Source: Alphaproteobacteria bacterium
GTDB lineage: Bacteria; Pseudomonadota; Alphaproteobacteria; GCA-2731375
DNA: 64,000 bases
Direction of reading: 5' to 3'
Assembly: GCA_965232515.1 (NCBI GenBank)
Contig: CBDDPY010000002.1
Span: 5,696,001-5,760,000 of the forward strand
Shown piece after piece: positions 31,545 through 42,400 of this stretch; position 1 is the first letter of the stretch, and each line of letters begins with the position of its first letter. A program made the translations under genes and the position numbers. A model generated the notes under the pieces. That model did not search any database. It was given only the letters and a program-made list of their open reading frames with translations, and was not told the origin of the DNA.

Positions 31545-32735
31545 ATGGAAACGGTGCTCTACGAATGGCTCAGCCTGCTCCTGCGCTGGGCGCATTTCGC
31601 CATCGGCGTCGCCTGGATCGGCACGTCGTTCTTCTTCGTCTGGCTCGATCTCAGCCTGAAACCGAACGGCCGCGACGGCGTCAAGGGCGAGAGCTGGATG
31701 GTGCATGGCGGCGGCTTCTACCACGCGCAGAAATACATGGTGGCGCCGGAACGCCTGCCCGAGCCGCTGCACTGGTTCAAATACGAGGCCTATGGCACCT
31801 GGATCACCGGCATGCTGCTGCTGTTCGTGATCTATTACTGGCAGGCGGACGCCTTCCTGCTCGATCCCGAGAAGGCCGATATCGGCGTGCCGGCCGGCAT
31901 CGCCATCAGCCTGATCGCGATCCTCGGCGGCTTCGCCGTTTACCACCTGCTCTGCAAGTCGCCGCTGCGCCACCGCACCGGCCTGTTGGCGTTCCTCGTG
32001 TTCCTGCTGATCGTGTTCGCCGCCTGGGCGCTGAACTTGGTGTTCTCCGGCCGCGCCGCCTTCCTGCACGTCGGCGCGCTGGTCGGCACCATGATGGCCG
32101 CCAACGTCTTCGCCGTGATCATCCCGAACCAGCGCAAAACCGTCGACGCCCTGATCGCCGGCCAGGACCCCGATCCGGCGCTCGGCGCCGAGGCCGGCAC
32201 CCGCTCGCTGCACAACAACTATCTGACCCTGCCGGTGCTGGCGATGATGATCGGCAGCCACTATCCCTTGCTCTACGACCACCCGCAGAGCTGGCTCATC
32301 GTCGCCCTGCTGCTGGTCGGTAGCGGCGCCTTCAAACACTTCCTCAACCGCCTCGACGAGGGCGCCCGCTTCGCCCAGGCCGCCTGGTTGCTGCCGGCCA
32401 CCGCCGCGGCGCTGATCGTCGCCGTCATCCTCACCGCCCACCGCCCGGAACTCGACGACGACATAGCCGAAACGATCAGCGACGAGGAAGCCTTCGAGAT
32501 CGTCGAGTCCCGCTGCTCCGTCTGCCACGCCCCCGAACCGGTCTGGGAGGGCTATCTCGCCGCCCCGGCGGGCGTGAAACTACACACCCCCGAGCAGCTA
32601 ACCCGCCTCGAACACGCCATCGAAGTGCAAGCCGTCCTCAGCCGCGCCATGCCCCCCGGCAACCTCACTGGCATAACCCCGGAAGAACGCGCCGCCCTCG
32701 GAAATTGGCTCAACGCGCAACGCGTTGATCAGTAG
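31545..32735 (+). CDS. puuD: Urate hydroxylase, membrane protein with cytochrome c domain
   Basis: LRWAH, AWIGTSF, HGGGFY, HWFKYEAY, RSLHNNYLTLPV motifs; C-terminal CSVCH heme motif and MPPGN. Confidence 0.9.
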   Translation: METVLYEWLSLLLRWAHFAIGVAWIGTSFFFVWLDLSLKPNGRDGVKGESWMVHGGGFYHAQKYMVAPERLPEPLHWFKYEAYGTWITGMLLLFVIYYWQADAFLLDPEKADIGVPAGIAISLIAILGGFAVYHLLCKSPLRHRTGLLAFLVFLLIVFAAWALNLVFSGRAAFLHVGALVGTMMAANVFAVIIPNQRKTVDALIAGQDPDPALGAEAGTRSLHNNYLTLPVLAMMIGSHYPLLYDHPQSWLIVALLLVGSGAFKHFLNRLDEGARFAQAAWLLPATAAALIVAVILTAHRPELDDDIAETISDEEAFEIVESRCSVCHAPEPVWEGYLAAPAGVKLHTPEQLTRLEHAIEVQAVLSRAMPPGNLTGITPEERAALGNWLNAQRVDQ

Positions 32736-32740
32736 CTAAA

Positions 32741-32798
32741 AGTTTCGGTGACAGTAACCTTAATTCGTTCGCGAATTAAGGTTACTGTCACCGAAACT
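32741..32798. repeat. Perfect 27-bp inverted repeat with TTCG loop
   Basis: AGTTTCGGTGACAGTAACCTTAATTCG-TTCG-CGAATTAAGGTTACTGTCACCGAAACT between convergent puuD and uraH. Confidence 0.9.
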
Positions 32799-32829
32799 AC
32801 TTGCCGCAGGATTCCTTGCGATGGGTAAT

Positions 32830-33183
32830 CTAACTCCCGCGATACGTCGAATAGCTCCAGGGCGAGACCAGGAGCGGCACGTGGTAGTTCTGGGCGGCGT
32901 CAAAGATGGCGAAGCGGATCGGCACGACGTCGAGGAACGGCGGGTCGGGCAGAGCGAGCCCCTGGGCGCGGAAATAGGCCGCGACCTGGAAGGCGATCTC
33001 GTAGGCGCCGACCTGCACCGTCTCGTCGCTCAGCAGCGGCGCGTCGGTGCGGCCGTCGGCGTTGGTGACGCCGGCACTCAAGACCTCCCAGTCCTCGCCG
33101 TCGCGCTGCGACAGCGTGAAATGCATGCCGGCCGCCGGCTTGCCCTGCGCCGTATCCAGCACGTGTGTCGATAGCCGTCCCAT
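32830..33183 (-). CDS. uraH: 5-hydroxyisourate hydrolase (transthyretin-like)
   Basis: [19 protein letters not shown] motifs and C-terminal YRGS; 117 aa. Confidence 0.96.
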   Translation of the reverse strand: MGRLSTHVLDTAQGKPAAGMHFTLSQRDGEDWEVLSAGVTNADGRTDAPLLSDETVQVGAYEIAFQVAAYFRAQGLALPDPPFLDVVPIRFAIFDAAQNYHVPLLVSPWSYSTYRGS

Positions 33184-35498
33184 CAGTCTCCCCCCTGCAA
33201 GGCCTCGACGGCGGCGAGCACCGCCGCCGGCGTCGCCGGCGCGTCGAGCGGCACCGGCCTGTTCCCGTCGCCCGCCGCCGCCACCGCGTCGCGCAGCGCC
33301 AGCCAGACGCTGATCGCCAGCATCAGCGGCGGCTCGCCGATCGCTTTCGACTTGAAGATCGTGTCCTCCCGGTTCGGCGCGTCCTCCAGGATATGCACCC
33401 GGAAGTCGGGTGGCACGTCGCGGCTGCCGGGGATCTTGTAGGTCGACGGCCCGTGCGTCCTGAGGCGCCCGTCCGCGTCCCAATAGAGTTCCTCGCAGGT
33501 CAGCCAGCCCATGCCCTGCACGAAGCCGCCCTCGATCTGGCCCAGATCCACCGCCGGGTTCAGCGACGCCCCGCAATCCTGTAGCAGGTCGGCGCGCAGC
33601 ACGCGCATCTCGCCGGTCAGCGTGTCGACCGCCACCTCGGCGACCGCCGCGCCGTAGCTGAAATAGAAAAACGGCCGGCCGGTGTTCGTGCCCATGTCCC
33701 AGTGGATCTTCGGCGTCTTGTAGAACCCGGCCTGCGACAGTGAGACTCGCCCGCGCCAGCACATCTCGGCCAGTTCCTCGAAGGCCAGCGACTCGTTGCC
33801 GGCATGCACCCGGTTCTCGCGGAACTGAATGGCGTCCGCCGCGACGCCGAAATGCTCGGCCGCCATCGCCGCCATGCGCCCCCGGATTGCTGCCGCGGCG
33901 TTGTGCGCCGCCATGCCGTTCAGGTCGCTCCCCGTCGAAGCCGCGGTCGGGCTGGTGTTCGGCACCTTCTCGGTCGAGGTCTCCGACAGTTTGATCCGGT
34001 CGGCGTCGATCTGGAAGGTCTCGGCCACGACCTGCGCCACCTTCATGAACAGGCCCTGGCCCATCTCGATGCCGCCGTGGTTGAGATGCACCGAGCCGTC
34101 CGAATAGACATGCACCAGCGCGCCGGCCTGGTTCATCTGCGGGAGGTTGAAGGAGATGCCGAACTTGATCGGCATCATCGCCAGCCCGCGCTTGATAATC
34201 GGGCTCGCGCGATTGAAGGCGTCGATCGCGGCGCGGCGGCTGTCGAAGTCCGCCTGCCGCATCACCTCCGGCACGATTTGGTCCAGTAAATTGTCCTCGA
34301 CCACCTGCCCATAGGGCGTCTTCTGCGCGGTGCCGGCATAGAGGTTCACCGCGCGCACGGCCTCGGGCGGCTTGCCGAGCCGGCGCGCCACGTCGTCCAG
34401 CAGCGCCTCGATCGCCAGCATGCCCTGCGGCCCGCCGAAGCCGCGAAACGCCGTATTCGACACCGTGTTGGTGCGACAGAGGAAGCCGCGAAAGCGCGCG
34501 CGCGGCAGGAAATAGGCGTTGTCCGCGTGGCACAGCGCCCGGGTCAGCACCGGCGGCGACAGGTCGGCGTTATGGCCGCAATGGGCATAGAGGTCGATGC
34601 GCACGCCCGCCAGCCGGCCGTCGTCGTCGAACCCGGCGTCGTAGCGGACCAGGAACCCGTGCCGCTTACCGGTGACGATCATGTCGGCGTCGCGCGGCAG
34701 CCGCAGCTTCGCCGGCCGTTTCGTTCTGTCGGCGACCAGCGCGGCCAGCGCGGCGATGATCGTCGCCTGGCTCTCTTTGCCGCCGAAGCCGCCGCCGAGC
34801 CGCCGCACGCGCACCGTCACGTCGTGCATCTTCAGGCCGAGCAGGCGCGCCGTCGCCTCCTGCACCTCGGTCGGGTGCTGCGTCGAGGAATAGACCAGTA
34901 GATCGCGGTCTTCCTGCGGCAGGGCCAGCGCCACCTGGCCCTCGAGATAGAAATGGTCCTGCCCGCCCATGCGCAGCTCGCCCGACAGCCTGTGCGGCGC
35001 CGCGTCAATGGCCGCGTCCGCGTCGCCCACGGCCATCACCGAGGGCGGCCGCAGATAGCTCTCGGCCGCGATGGCATCGTCCAGCGTCAGCACCGCCGGC
35101 AGTTCCTCGTAGGTCACGGCGACGGCCTGCGCGGCGTGAAACGCCGCGGCCTCGGTCTCTGTGGCGACGACGGCGACGGGCGCGCCGATATAGTCGGCGG
35201 TCTCGGCGAACAGGGCCGGCTCGTCGTGCTCGATCGGCCCGACGGCGTTTGCGCCCGGAATGTCGGCCGCGGTCAGCACGGCGACGACGCCGGGCAACGC
35301 CAGCGCCGGCCCGGCATCGATGCCGACGATCCGCGCGTGCGGATGCGGACTCGTCACGACGGCGCAATGCAGCAGGTCCGGCGGCGCCGGCATGTCGTCC
35401 ACATAGACCGCGGCGCCGGTGACGTGCTTCTCGGCGCTGTCGTGCGGCGGCGACTGGCGCACGCCGCCCTTGATGCCCGACGGCAGTGGCCCGCTCAC
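33183..35498 (-). CDS. xdhB: Xanthine dehydrogenase molybdopterin subunit
   Basis: [41 protein letters not shown] motifs; probable GTG start overlapping the xdhA stop. Confidence 0.95.
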   Translation of the reverse strand: MSGPLPSGIKGGVRQSPPHDSAEKHVTGAAVYVDDMPAPPDLLHCAVVTSPHPHARIVGIDAGPALALPGVVAVLTAADIPGANAVGPIEHDEPALFAETADYIGAPVAVVATETEAAAFHAAQAVAVTYEELPAVLTLDDAIAAESYLRPPSVMAVGDADAAIDAAPHRLSGELRMGGQDHFYLEGQVALALPQEDRDLLVYSSTQHPTEVQEATARLLGLKMHDVTVRVRRLGGGFGGKESQATIIAALAALVADRTKRPAKLRLPRDADMIVTGKRHGFLVRYDAGFDDDGRLAGVRIDLYAHCGHNADLSPPVLTRALCHADNAYFLPRARFRGFLCRTNTVSNTAFRGFGGPQGMLAIEALLDDVARRLGKPPEAVRAVNLYAGTAQKTPYGQVVEDNLLDQIVPEVMRQADFDSRRAAIDAFNRASPIIKRGLAMMPIKFGISFNLPQMNQAGALVHVYSDGSVHLNHGGIEMGQGLFMKVAQVVAETFQIDADRIKLSETSTEKVPNTSPTAASTGSDLNGMAAHNAAAAIRGRMAAMAAEHFGVAADAIQFRENRVHAGNESLAFEELAEMCWRGRVSLSQAGFYKTPKIHWDMGTNTGRPFFYFSYGAAVAEVAVDTLTGEMRVLRADLLQDCGASLNPAVDLGQIEGGFVQGMGWLTCEELYWDADGRLRTHGPSTYKIPGSRDVPPDFRVHILEDAPNREDTIFKSKAIGEPPLMLAISVWLALRDAVAAAGDGNRPVPLDAPATPAAVLAAVEALQGGD

Positions 35499-36901
35499 AG
35501 GTCCTGCACCGTCACTGGGGCGCTGCCCGTGGTCTCGTGCCACAGCCGCAGTAGCAGGTTGCGCCCGGCCGACCGGCGGTAGCCGGCGCTGCCGCGCATG
35601 TCCGTCATCGGCGACAGCGTCTTGTCCAACGCGCCGCTCGCCGCCCGCGCCGTTTCGAGCGTCCAGGCCTTGCCGCGCAAGGCGTCTTCCACCGCCGCGA
35701 CGCGCACGGGCGTCGCCGCCATGCCGCCATAAGCGACGCGGATGTCCGCGACTTGGCCATCCTTGAGCGTCAGCCGAAACGCGCCGCAGACCGTCGAAAT
35801 GTCCTGGTCATAACGCTTCGACAGCTTGTAGATCCGGAAAACCTCGTCGGGCTTCGGCCGCGGCAGGGTCACATGCTCGATCAACTCGCCCGGCTGCAAG
35901 ACCGTCTGGCGATAGCCGCTGAACATCTCGGCGGCCGGCACGGTGCGGCGCCCGCTCTTGCTGACAATGCCGATCCCGGCGTCGAGCGCGATTAGCGCCG
36001 GTAGGCTGTCGCCGATCGGCGAGGCCGTGCCGATATTGCCACCCAGCGTCGCCCGATTGCGGATCTGTGGCGAGCCGAAGCGCCGGAACAGCACGGCGAG
36101 CGAGGGATAATCCGCCTCGATCACCGGGATCAGACGTTCCAGCGACACCGTCGCGCCGATCAGATAGTGGTCGTCACGCACTTCCAGACGCTGCAGCTCG
36201 GCCACCCGGTCGAGCGCCACCAGCGGCACCTCCGAACCTTTCTCCTTCGAGATCGCCACGCCCAGATCGGTGGCGCCGCAGACCGGCTTGGCATCGGGCT
36301 CGGCGGCGAGGGCATCGAACACCTCGGCGAGACTTTGAGGATTGAGTTCGAGCTGTCCAAGCTGGGTTCGATCAATCTCAGCGACCGCGTCCATCTGCGG
36401 CGCGGCCTCGCGGGCCGCGGCCAGCGCGGCATCGACGATCGGGCGATAGCCGGTGCAGCGGCAGAGGTTGCCGGCGAGCGCGTCGTGGACGGCGTCCGCG
36501 TCGGTGAGCCGGCCGGCCTGGTGCGCGCCCACCAGCGCCACGACGAAGCCCGGCGTGCAATAGCCGCACTGGCTGCCGCCGGTTTCGATCAGCGCCCGCT
36601 GCACCGGATGCAGCGCGCCGTCCGGCGCGGCGATGCCCTCGACCGTGCGGATCGCGGTGCCGTCGAGCTGGCCCAGCAGCAGCAGGCAGGCGTTCACCGC
36701 CTCGTAGGCGAGGTCGCCGCCATTCGCCGGCGGCCGCGCCAGCAGTACCGTGCAGGCCCCGCAATCGCCCTCGGCGCAACCCTCCTTGGTGCCGGTCAGC
36801 CGGCGATGCAGCCGCAGATAGTCGAGCAGCGTCACCGTCGGCGGCACGTCGCTGGCGTCGACGGCCTCGCCGTTCAGAACGAAACGTCCGGATTCCCTCA
36901 T
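35495..36901 (-). CDS. xdhA: Xanthine dehydrogenase Fe-S/FAD subunit
   Basis: GTKEGCAEGDCGAC, QCGYCTPG, GNLCRCTGY, QIRNRATLGGN, KLSKRYDQDIS motifs. Confidence 0.95.
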   Translation of the reverse strand: MRESGRFVLNGEAVDASDVPPTVTLLDYLRLHRRLTGTKEGCAEGDCGACTVLLARPPANGGDLAYEAVNACLLLLGQLDGTAIRTVEGIAAPDGALHPVQRALIETGGSQCGYCTPGFVVALVGAHQAGRLTDADAVHDALAGNLCRCTGYRPIVDAALAAAREAAPQMDAVAEIDRTQLGQLELNPQSLAEVFDALAAEPDAKPVCGATDLGVAISKEKGSEVPLVALDRVAELQRLEVRDDHYLIGATVSLERLIPVIEADYPSLAVLFRRFGSPQIRNRATLGGNIGTASPIGDSLPALIALDAGIGIVSKSGRRTVPAAEMFSGYRQTVLQPGELIEHVTLPRPKPDEVFRIYKLSKRYDQDISTVCGAFRLTLKDGQVADIRVAYGGMAATPVRVAAVEDALRGKAWTLETARAASGALDKTLSPMTDMRGSAGYRRSAGRNLLLRLWHETTGSAPVTVQDL

Positions 36902-36965
36902 AACCGCGCAGGTTAGCCCGCATTTTCACGGCGGTCACAGGGTTTTGTACAGCTTGCTCGTTGTG

Positions 36966-37051
36966 GTCATCCTGGCGCAGGCCAGGATCCATGGACAGGG
37001 CAACCTATTGAAGTGAAAAGAAAAATGGATCCTGGCCTGCGCCAGGATGAC
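36966..37051. repeat. Inverted pair of REP-like palindromes
   Basis: GTCATCCTGGCGCAGGCCAGGATCCAT (36966-36992) and its exact reverse complement (37025-37051). Confidence 0.85.
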
Positions 37052-37096
37052 GTCAAGTTCGGTGGAGTGCGGTCCGTCTCATGGGTCTCGACAACA

Positions 37097-37136
37097 TTGA
37101 CTCTTGGCAAGGAAATTTTTAGAACAAAATAAGAAC
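37097..37136 (+). promoter_or_regulatory. Sigma70-like promoter with alphaproteobacterial LexA (SOS) box
   Basis: TTGACT-N17-TAGAAC overlapped by GAAC-AAAATAA-GAAC (37122-37136), a match to GAAC-N7-GAAC, upstream of imuA. Confidence 0.88.
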
Positions 37137-37147
37137 ATAGGCATGAT

Positions 37148-37972
37148 ATGCAGACCTACGGCAAACCCAATCCCCGCGTGACAGTGATCCGCGACCTGCA
37201 GGCGGCGATTGCGGCGTTGGAGAAGCGGCCATTGTCGCTCTCGGCCCCGGATGAGGGCGCGGCCATCGCGCCGGTCTGGAGCTTGGGCGCGTCCGGTGTC
37301 GACGCGGCCCTGCCGGGCGGCGGGCTGCCGCTGCCGGCCCTGCATGAGGTCGCGGCCGAGGCCTACAACGACGGCCCGGCCGCTGCCGGCTTCGCCGCGG
37401 CGCTCGCGGTGCGCCGGCACGAGGCCGCGCCGCTGCTCTGGTGCAGCGCCGCCACGGCGACGGCGGCGTTCGGCGCGCTGCACGGGCCGGGGCTGCTGAA
37501 TTTCGGCCTGCCGCCGGACCGGCTGCTGCTGGTCGCCGCGCGCAAGGACATCGATGTCTTGTGGGCGATGGAGGAGGGACTGCGGTCGGGCGTGCTGTCG
37601 CTGGTCGTCGGCGAGGTGATGACGGCGGATCTCACCGCCACGCGCCGGCTGGCCCTGGCGGCGCAGGCTGCCGGCGTGCCGGCGCTCCTGCTGCGCAACC
37701 CGCGCGGCCTCTGCGCCAGCGCCGCTTACAGCCGCTGGCGCATCGCCGCCCGGCCCAGCACCAGCCGTGCCTTCGCGGCGCACGCCCCCGGCCGGCCGCG
37801 CTGGCAGGTCCGGCTCGAGCGCTGCCGCGGCGGCCGGCCGAAGACCTGGACGATGGAATGGGAGCATGAAACGGGTCGTCTCGCTGTGGCTGCCCCGCTG
37901 GCCGACCGACCGGCTGCGGCTGGCCGGCCGTCGCGGTGCGCCGAAATCGTCGGCCTGCGCCGCGCCGGCTGA
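37148..37972 (+). CDS. imuA: ImuA (RecA/SulA-like accessory protein)
   Basis: DAALPGGGL..ALHEV, LWAMEEGLR, TATRRLALAA, SAAYSRWRI, LERCRGG motifs. Confidence 0.9.
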   Translation: MQTYGKPNPRVTVIRDLQAAIAALEKRPLSLSAPDEGAAIAPVWSLGASGVDAALPGGGLPLPALHEVAAEAYNDGPAAAGFAAALAVRRHEAAPLLWCSAATATAAFGALHGPGLLNFGLPPDRLLLVAARKDIDVLWAMEEGLRSGVLSLVVGEVMTADLTATRRLALAAQAAGVPALLLRNPRGLCASAAYSRWRIAARPSTSRAFAAHAPGRPRWQVRLERCRGGRPKTWTMEWEHETGRLAVAAPLADRPAAAGRPSRCAEIVGLRRAG

Positions 37973-39461
37973 GCCGCTGGCGCTGACCGCCTCGGGTCGC
38001 AAGGGCCTGGTGGTGACGGCGCTGAACGCGGCCGGCGAGGCCGCCGGGCTTTATGTGGGCATGGCGCTCACCGACGCGCGCGCCATCCTGCCGGCCCTGC
38101 GGACCCGTCCGGCCGAGCCCGAAAACGACGCCCGGGCACTGGCGGCGCTCGCCGACTGGTGCACCCGCTACACGCCCTGGGTCAATATCGACGGCGCCGA
38201 CGGCCTCTGGCTCGACGTCACCGGCTGCGCGCACCTGTTCGGCGGCGAGGCGGGCCTGCTGGCCGACATCGTTCGGCGGCTGCAGGATCTCGGCGTCTTC
38301 GTGCGTCTTGGCCTCGCCGACACGCCGGGTGCGGCCTGGGCGGCGGCGCGGCAGATCCGTTCGGCCGATGTCGCCGACGGCATCGTGCCGCCGGACGGCG
38401 CGCGCGACGCGCTGGCGCCGCTGTCGGTCGAAGGGCTGCGGCTGACGCCGGAGACGGTGGCGACGCTGAAACGCCTCGGCCTCACCCGCATCGGCCAGCT
38501 CTACGATCTGCCGCGCGCCGGCCTCAAGCGCCGCTTCGCGTCCGCCGAAGAGCCGGAAGCCGTGCTGCGCCGGCTCGACCAGGCCTTCGGCGTGCATGAC
38601 GAGCCGGTGGCGCCATTGCGGCCGGCCCCGGCCTATCGCGCCCGTCTCGGCTTCGCCGAGCCGCTGACCGAGGTGCTGGCCATCGAGACCCTACTGCCGG
38701 ATCTCGTCGTCGATCTCTGCCGGGCGCTGGCCCAGGACCATCAGGGCGCCCGACGGCTGACGCTCGCGGCTTACCGGGTCGACGGCCGGGTCGAGCGGTT
38801 GACCGTCGCCGCCAGCCGGCCGACGCGGGATACCCGGCACCTGCAGCGGCTGTTCCGCGAGCGTGTCGAGCAGATCGATGTCGGCTTCGGCATCGACGGA
38901 TTGATCCTGTCGGCCGACCGGGTTGACGAACTGGCGCCCGACCAGCCGTCGTTCGCCGCCGGCGCGCGCTTCGCGGCGGATGGCCTTTCGCAGGACGCGG
39001 CGGTCGGCCGTCTGGTCGACCGGCTGGCGAACAAGCTTGGGCCCGCCTGCGTCATGCAGACCGCGCCCCATGCCAGTCACCTGCCGGAGAAGGCGGCGCG
39101 GCGCATCGGCGCGCTCGGCGCCGCGCCGGCCTGGCCCGAGGCGCCGCGCGATGGGCCGCCGCGGCCGTTCCGCATGTTCGACCGGCCGGAGCCCATCGAA
39201 GTGACCGCCGAGGTGCCGGAAGGCCCGCCGATCAGCTTCCGCTGGCGGCGGCTGGTACACCGCATCGCGCGGGCCGAGGGCCCCGAGCGCATCGCGCCTG
39301 AGTGGTGGCTGACGCAGGACCTCGACGATGACCGCATCCGCGACTACTACCAGGTCGAGGATGCCGAGGGCCGGCGCTTCTGGCTCTATCGCGAAGGCTT
39401 GTTCGGCGCGCCCGGCCGCGACGGCCCGCCGCGCTGGTACATGCACGGCCTGTTCGCATGA
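37866..39461 (+). CDS. imuB: ImuB (inactive Y-family polymerase)
   Basis: MKRVVSLWLPRW, RYTPWV, LDVTGCAHLFGGE, GPERIAPEWW, RDYY, WYMHGLFA motifs. Confidence 0.93.
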   Translation: MKRVVSLWLPRWPTDRLRLAGRRGAPKSSACAAPAEPLALTASGRKGLVVTALNAAGEAAGLYVGMALTDARAILPALRTRPAEPENDARALAALADWCTRYTPWVNIDGADGLWLDVTGCAHLFGGEAGLLADIVRRLQDLGVFVRLGLADTPGAAWAAARQIRSADVADGIVPPDGARDALAPLSVEGLRLTPETVATLKRLGLTRIGQLYDLPRAGLKRRFASAEEPEAVLRRLDQAFGVHDEPVAPLRPAPAYRARLGFAEPLTEVLAIETLLPDLVVDLCRALAQDHQGARRLTLAAYRVDGRVERLTVAASRPTRDTRHLQRLFRERVEQIDVGFGIDGLILSADRVDELAPDQPSFAAGARFAADGLSQDAAVGRLVDRLANKLGPACVMQTAPHASHLPEKAARRIGALGAAPAWPEAPRDGPPRPFRMFDRPEPIEVTAEVPEGPPISFRWRRLVHRIARAEGPERIAPEWWLTQDLDDDRIRDYYQVEDAEGRRFWLYREGLFGAPGRDGPPRWYMHGLFA

Positions 39462-42400
39462 CCGCCCGCGATCCCGCCTACGCCGAGCTGCAGGTGACGA
39501 CCAACTTCAGCTTCCTGCGCGGCGGCTCCCATCCCGACGAGCTGGTGCGGACCGCCAAGGCGCTGGGCCTCGCCGCCATCGCCGTCACCGACCGCAATTC
39601 CTTTGCCGGCGTCGTGCGCGCCCATGTCGCCGCGAAAGAGCACGACATGCGCCTCATCGTCGGCGTGCGGCTCGATCTGCAGGACGCGCCCAGCCTGCTG
39701 GCCTATCCCACCGACCGCGCCGCCTATGGCCGGCTCAGCCGCCTGCTGACGCACGGCAAGCGTCGCGCCGACAAGGGCGAGTGCGAGCTTTATTTCGACG
39801 ACGTCTGCGACCATGCCGAGGGCCAGGTCTTCGTGCTGCTGCCGCCCGAGACCTGGGAGCAGGACGCATTGGCCGCCGAAACCCGCGATATCGCCCACCG
39901 GCTCCAGGCGCCGCTCTATCTCGCCGCGCATTATTGTTACCGCGGCGACGACCGCCGACGCATCGCCCGCCTCGCCGCCGTCGCCGAGGCCGCCGGCGTC
40001 AAGCTGCTGGCGACCAACGACGTGCACTATCACGACCCCGACCGCCGGCCGCTGCAGGACGTCGTCACCTGCATCCGCGAGGGCTGCAGCATCGCGGACG
40101 CCGGCTATCGCCTCGCCGCCAATGCCGAGCGCTATTTGAAGCCCCCGGCCGAGATGGCGCGCCTGTTCGCCGGCCACGAAGACGCCGTCGCACGCACGCG
40201 CGAGATCGCCGAGGCCTGCACCTTCTCGCTCGACGAACTGCGCTACAACTATCCCGACGAGCCGGTGCCGGCCGGCAAGACGCCGCAGCAGCATCTGGAG
40301 GACATCACCTGGCGCGGCGCGGCCTCGCGCTATCCCGACGGCGTGCCGCCCAAGGTCGAGGCGGTGCTGAAAAAGGAGCTGGCGCTGATCGCCGAGCTGC
40401 GCTACGCGCCTTATTTCCTCACGGTCTACGACATCGTGCACTGGGCCCGCGGCCAGAACATCCTCTGCCAGGGCCGCGGCTCGGCCGCCAATTCCGCGGT
40501 CTGCTACTGCCTCTACATCACCTCGGTCGATCCGATCGAGATCGACCTGCTGTTCGAACGCTTCATCTCGGCCGAGCGCAAGGAGCCGCCCGATATCGAT
40601 GTCGACTTCGAGCACGAGCGCCGCGAGGAGGTGATGCAGTACATCTACCGCCGCTACACGCGCGAGCGCGCCGGCATCGCCGCCACCGTCATCACCTACC
40701 GCGCCCGCTCGGCCGTGCGCGAGGTCGGCAAGGTCATGGGCCTGTCGGAGGACGTGACGGCGGCGCTCGCCGGCACGGTCTGGGGCTGGTCGGAAGAGGG
40801 CGTGCCGGACGAACGCGTGCGCGAGGTCGGCCTCGATCCGACGGACCCCGTGCTGCGCCAGGCATTGGTCCTGTCGGCCGAACTGATCGGCTTTCCCCGG
40901 CATCTGTCGCAGCATGTCGGCGGCTTCGTGCTGACCCGCGATCCGCTGTCCGAAGTCATCCCCATCGGCAACGCCGCCATGGCCGACCGCACCTTTGTCG
41001 AGTGGGACAAGGACGATCTCGACGCGCTGGGCATCTTGAAGATCGACGTGCTGGCGCTCGGCATGCTGACCTGCATCCGCAAATGCTTCGAGCTGCTTGA
41101 GATGCATTACGGCGAGAGCCGCAACCTCGCCAGCTTCTTCCCCGCCACCGACACCGCCACTTACGACATGCTCTGCCGGGCCGACTCGCTCGGCGTGTTC
41201 CAGGTCGAGAGCCGGGCGCAGATGAACATGCTGCCGCGCCTGAGGCCGCGCAATTTCTACGACCTCGTCATCGAGGTGGCGATCGTGCGGCCCGGCCCGA
41301 TCCAGGGCGACATGGTGCATCCCTATCTCCGGCGCCGCGACGGCATCGAGCCGGTCGAGTTTCCCTCGCCCGATCCGGCGCACGGGCCGCCCGACGAGCT
41401 GCGCCGCGTGCTCGGCAAGACCAAGGGCGTGCCGTTGTTCCAGGAACAGGCCATGCGCATCGCCATCGAGGCGGCGAAGTTCACGCCCGAGGAAGCCAAC
41501 AAGCTGCGCCATGCCATGGCCACGTTCCGCCGCCGCGGCACCATCGAGACGCTGGAGAAGAAGATGGTCAGCCGCATGATCTCGCGCGGCTACGAGCCCG
41601 ACTTCGCGCAGCGCTGCTTCGACCAGATCAAGGGCTTCGGCGAATACGGCTTCCCGGAATCGCACGCCGCCAGCTTCGCGCTGCTGGTTTACGTGTCGTC
41701 CTGGCTGAAGTGCCACCATCCGGCCGTGTTCGCCTGCAGCCTGCTGAACGCCCAACCCATGGGCTTCTACGCGCCGGCGCAGATCGTCCGCGACGCGCGC
41801 GAGCATGGCGTCGTCGTCCGCCCGGTCGACATCAACATGAGTCGCTGGGACAACACGCTCGAACCCTGCGCCGACAGCACCCGCGGCATGGCGCTACGTC
41901 TCGGTTTCCGCCAGATCAAGGGCGCCGGCGAGGACGCTATGGCCGCCATCGTCGACCAACGCGGCGACGGTTATGCTGATGTCGAGGACATCTTCCGCCG
42001 CGCGAACGTGCCGGCGGCGGCTTTGGAAAAGCTGGCCGCGGCCGACGCCTTTCACGCGCTCGGCCTCGACCGGCGGCAGGCACTCTGGCAGGTCAAGGCG
42101 CTGCCGCGGACCGTGCCGCTGCCGCTGTTCGCCGCGGCCGACGCGCGCGAGACCGGGGCCGAGCCGGCCGTGGCGCTGCCGCCACTGTCTCTATCGGAAC
42201 AGGTGGTCGACGATTATCAAACCCTGCGGCTGTCACTGAAGGCGCATCCCGTGCAGTTCCTGCGCGCCCGCCTTACGGCCGACGGCGTCGTGCCGACGGC
42301 GAAGCTGTCCGAGATGCGCCACGGCCAGCGGGTCACCGTCGCCGGCATCGTGCTGGTGCGCCAGCGCCCGGGCAGCGCCAAGGGCGTGATCTTCATGACG

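Noticed and set aside
32830-34533. 567-aa ORF ending in HIU hydrolase
   Set aside because: Only the last 117 aa are UraH; the rest is an off-frame read of xdhB.
31398-37051. Repeated ~26-bp palindromes as a CRISPR array
   Set aside because: They occur as dispersed inverted pairs rather than direct repeats with spacers, and no cas genes are present.
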